Origin: Pelomyxa schiedti
Taxonomy: Eukaryota; Protista; Evosea
Assembly: GCA_020536535.1 (NCBI GenBank)
Contig: JAHLWZ010000214.1
Coordinates: forward strand, 1 to 46,936
Reading direction: 5' to 3'
DNA length: 46,936 nucleotides
Positions 43,929 to 46,936 of the stretch are shown here, piece after piece. Each line of letters begins with the position of its first letter. Position 1 is the first letter of the stretch. The position numbers and the translations under genes were made by a program. The notes below the pieces were generated by a model. It had not been told where the DNA came from. It did not search any database and worked only from the letters and a program-made list of their open reading frames with translations.

Positions 43929-46319
43929 ATGGCAACTTCAACACCAACAGCCGCATGGAAACCAAAGTCCGCAGAGGAGACTCTCGAGGCAACTGTTAAT
44001 TTGTGCCGAGGTTTTTTTTTTCTTTTTTTTTTGTTTTGTATTGTTTGTTATTGTGGAGGCTCACTTTTTCCAATTTAAGAGGCTGGAATTTTGTTGCCTA
44101 CATACGCGATGATGAGAGACCCAACTCTGATGCCTGCGTGTGTCAACACATCAAATATTGGTTTTTTTTTTTTTTTGACATCACGTCGACAGTAAGGTGA
44201 AGGAGGAGTTGAGCCACATTGGCCTGTGGGAAGTCAACCCACGCAACTTGTTCCGTATTACTTGGAAGAATGAGCCGACCATGACCGGCGGGTCGTTTGG
44301 TGGTGTCAACTTTGTTGAGGTTGCGTCTTTTACAAGCTCTTTTAAAATTTGACTTTCTCTACTCTAGGTGCCTAGCGTGTTGTCAGGTGTGCCTTGCCGC
44401 ATTTTCCTCCTCATTGGCAAGTTTTTCCCAACTGGAAGCCACAAGGTTTGATCATGATGTTGGCAGCGAATTCCCCCTGACCCAAATAGGTTGGTGCTAC
44501 ATTTGGCCCTCTTGTTGAGCGACTTACAAGCGGCAAGTTTGATCCCACCACCCAGAAGGCTATGTGGCCCAGGTACGCTTTTTCAACAGTGATATGCAGC
44601 TCACTCTATAAGCACTGGCAACTACTGCCGAGGAGGAGCATTCAACTCTGCACTGCTTCGCTCTCCATGCATAGCCGTTCTGCCGGCTGGAATGTCCCAG
44701 GAGAGATTTGATTGGTTGCACTCTATAGGTAACAAGAGAACATAATCTAATGATTCGACTAATGGGCGTAAAGGTGCGGAAGTCGTTGCCACTCCTGGTT
44801 GTGAATCCAACGTCAAAGAAATTTTTGACAAGAACAACCAACTCGTCAGGGAAGGAGGGGGCAAAGTTGTCTCCCTCAATCAATTCGAAGAGTTTGGCAA
44901 CCCACTGTGGCATTATGCTGTATGTTTCTCAATAACTCTGCAAAAAACTGATCCCTTCTCTAAAGGTCACTGGTCCGGCAATGGAAGAAGTTTTCCGTCA
45001 GAATGCTCGGGTAATTGTCACTCAAAGATCAATTCCATTTTCTTACTGAATGCATTCAGCCCGGACAGAGGTTCTCTGGTCTTTGCCTTAACCAGGGTAG
45101 TGCTGGAACACTTGGCTCTGCAGAATACTTGCGTAAGGTATTCCCGCATCTGAAAGTAGCCGCGAGTGAGGCATGGCAATGCCCTACTCTTCTTCACAAT
45201 GGATTTGGTGATCACAGAATTGAGGGTAAAACAAGTCACTTTCCTTATTAGTAACCTAATTCGTACTTTCCAGGCATTGGAGACAAGCACGTACCTTGGG
45301 TGCTCAATGTTAAAAACATGGATAATGTTGTTGGCATTGACGACGATCTTGTCATTAGGACAATGCACTTGTTCAATTTCCCCGCCGGCCAGGCCTACCT
45401 ACGTGAATTGGGCGTTCCTGACGCTTTCATTCAAAAGCTTAATCTTTTGGGCATATCCAGCATTGCCAATATGATGGCGTAAGTGGAAGGCTCTTTTTAA
45501 ATTTACTTCTAATTGTGCACAAGATGCATCAAGCAAGCCAAGTACTATGAGTGGAATGCGAACGACTGCCTCTTCGCCGTCTGCACTGACTCTATGGAAA
45601 TGTAACTGGTCTTTTATTTTTACTATTCTTTCTCATGTGCAATAGGTACCAGAGCCGCATGAGGGAATACACAAGGGAGTACACACGTGATACAGCCATT
45701 GCCGATTTCGCTGAATGCCTCCATGGGTTGACAAGTGACCATCTGATTGAGATGACCTATCTGTATAGCTTCCATTTAAACAGCTTCATTTTTTACAAAT
45801 TCCCATAGAGATAAGAAGAGGATGCACAACCTTAAATACTTCACTTGGGTGGAGCAGGTTAGCACTTGTGGTTCAATTCTCAACGCTAACTCCTATGCAG
45901 CAAGGCAAGAGTATGGACGAATTGAACAGGCAGTGGTTTGACGAACACTACTGGGAGCAGGAGATTGGAGACGAGAAGCTCCGCCGGTGGGACGAGCAGA
46001 TCATGGCCTTCAACAGAAGGACCGGTGTGTATCCTGACTTACAAACACTTTTCCTCTTCTTACACTCAACANNNNNNNNNNNNNNNNNNNNNNNNNNNNN
46101 NNNNNNNNNNNNNNNNNNNNNNNNNNNNNNNNNNNNNNNNNNNNNNNNNNNNNNNNNNNNNNNNNNNNNNNCTGGGAGCAGGAGATTGGAGACGAGAAGC
46201 TCCGCCGGTGGGACGAGCAGATCATGGCCTTCAACAGAAGGACCGGTGTGTATCCTGACTTACAAACACTTTTCCTCTTCTTACACTCAACAGGAATGGC
46301 CCAGAAGTACGGAATGTGA
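43929..46319 (+). CDS. Fold-type II PLP-dependent enzyme (cysteine synthase/TrpB superfamily), bacterial-type subfamily, ~14 introns
   Basis: [18 protein letters not shown] (PLP lysine), [74 protein letters not shown]. Spans gap 46072-46171. Confidence 0.88.
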
Positions 46320-46683
46320 GAAGCTCTTTCCCCTACCACTCCAACCACAAAACACCCTCGCACCAGAGGTAAACAAGAAAATCCCACATTTCATTTTTCA
46401 CACTCTTTCTGCTTCCACATTCTCGTCTGTTGTTTGTATAAGATACCGCCAGGCTCATGGTAGGCGTACTAACAGGCATAACAACCCACCGTATACACTG
46501 ACGGCACAACACATTACGTTCGTCATTAGACCCCTTCTTGTTTGTTCCCACACTAAGGGGCAAAGGAACCCACGAAAATTTTTCCTCCGTTTCGTTTCTA
46601 ATCTAATCAGAACACCCACAGTTGCAAAAACTTGTTAATTGCACCTCGGCAGCACCCTGCCCTTACTCGTGACAGACGCACAC

Positions 46684-46936
46684 ATGCAGGCCAAGAAGAG
46701 GAAAATAAAGCTGTCCACCACGACAACAGCTTCGGCCAAATCGGCATCGTCGCAGCAGCCACGTTCCGCAGCACCACCCAAAAACACCGTGGTAGATGAG
46801 CCCGCCGAGGAAGTCGTTGCAACGAAAGTGTGTTCCCCTCTCTTTTAATTTTTTTGCCGTGGTCAACCCTACATTTTCCTTCCCCTTACGCGTGACAGAC
46901 GAGCGCAAAAGCCGCCACCAAGGAAACGGCAGCCAA
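46684..46936 (+). CDS. 5' end of an unidentified gene (basic, low-complexity N-terminus), truncated by the window
   Basis: MQAKKRKIKLSTTTTASAKS...EEVVATK, then a GT-AG intron (~46828-46898), then TSAKAATKETAA. Confidence 0.5.

Overview
Gene-dense, intron-rich eukaryotic (protist) DNA, not prokaryotic. Most genes are broken by many ~35-60 nt GT-AG introns, so the ORF track shows only exon fragments and I spliced the gene models by eye. The Dictyostelium-type STAT, ROCO protein, tiny introns and lineage-expanded 'HxRCG' family point to an amoebozoan, plausibly an anaerobic archamoeba such as Pelomyxa (inference). Recognisable genes are a CHD remodeler, a Bet1-like SNARE, RBM8A/Y14 head-to-head with SMC3, a STAT, a degenerate ROCO protein, a small EF-hand protein and a bacterial-type fold-II PLP enzyme with ~14 introns. 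The most unusual items are: (i) a USP7-derived MATH+UBL scaffold lacking the deubiquitinase domain and carrying RING/TRAF zinc fingers; (ii) a 4xUBZ + 2xCUE ubiquitin reader fused to an unassigned, possibly ADP-ribosyltransferase-like domain; (iii) four apparently intact and two relic copies of an intronless family with a conserved N-terminal HxRCGxxS box; (iv) perfect palindromes and hairpins in intergenic spacers; (v) an SMC3 with altered ATPase motifs. Five 100-N gaps flanked by ~121-nt duplications are assembly artefacts.
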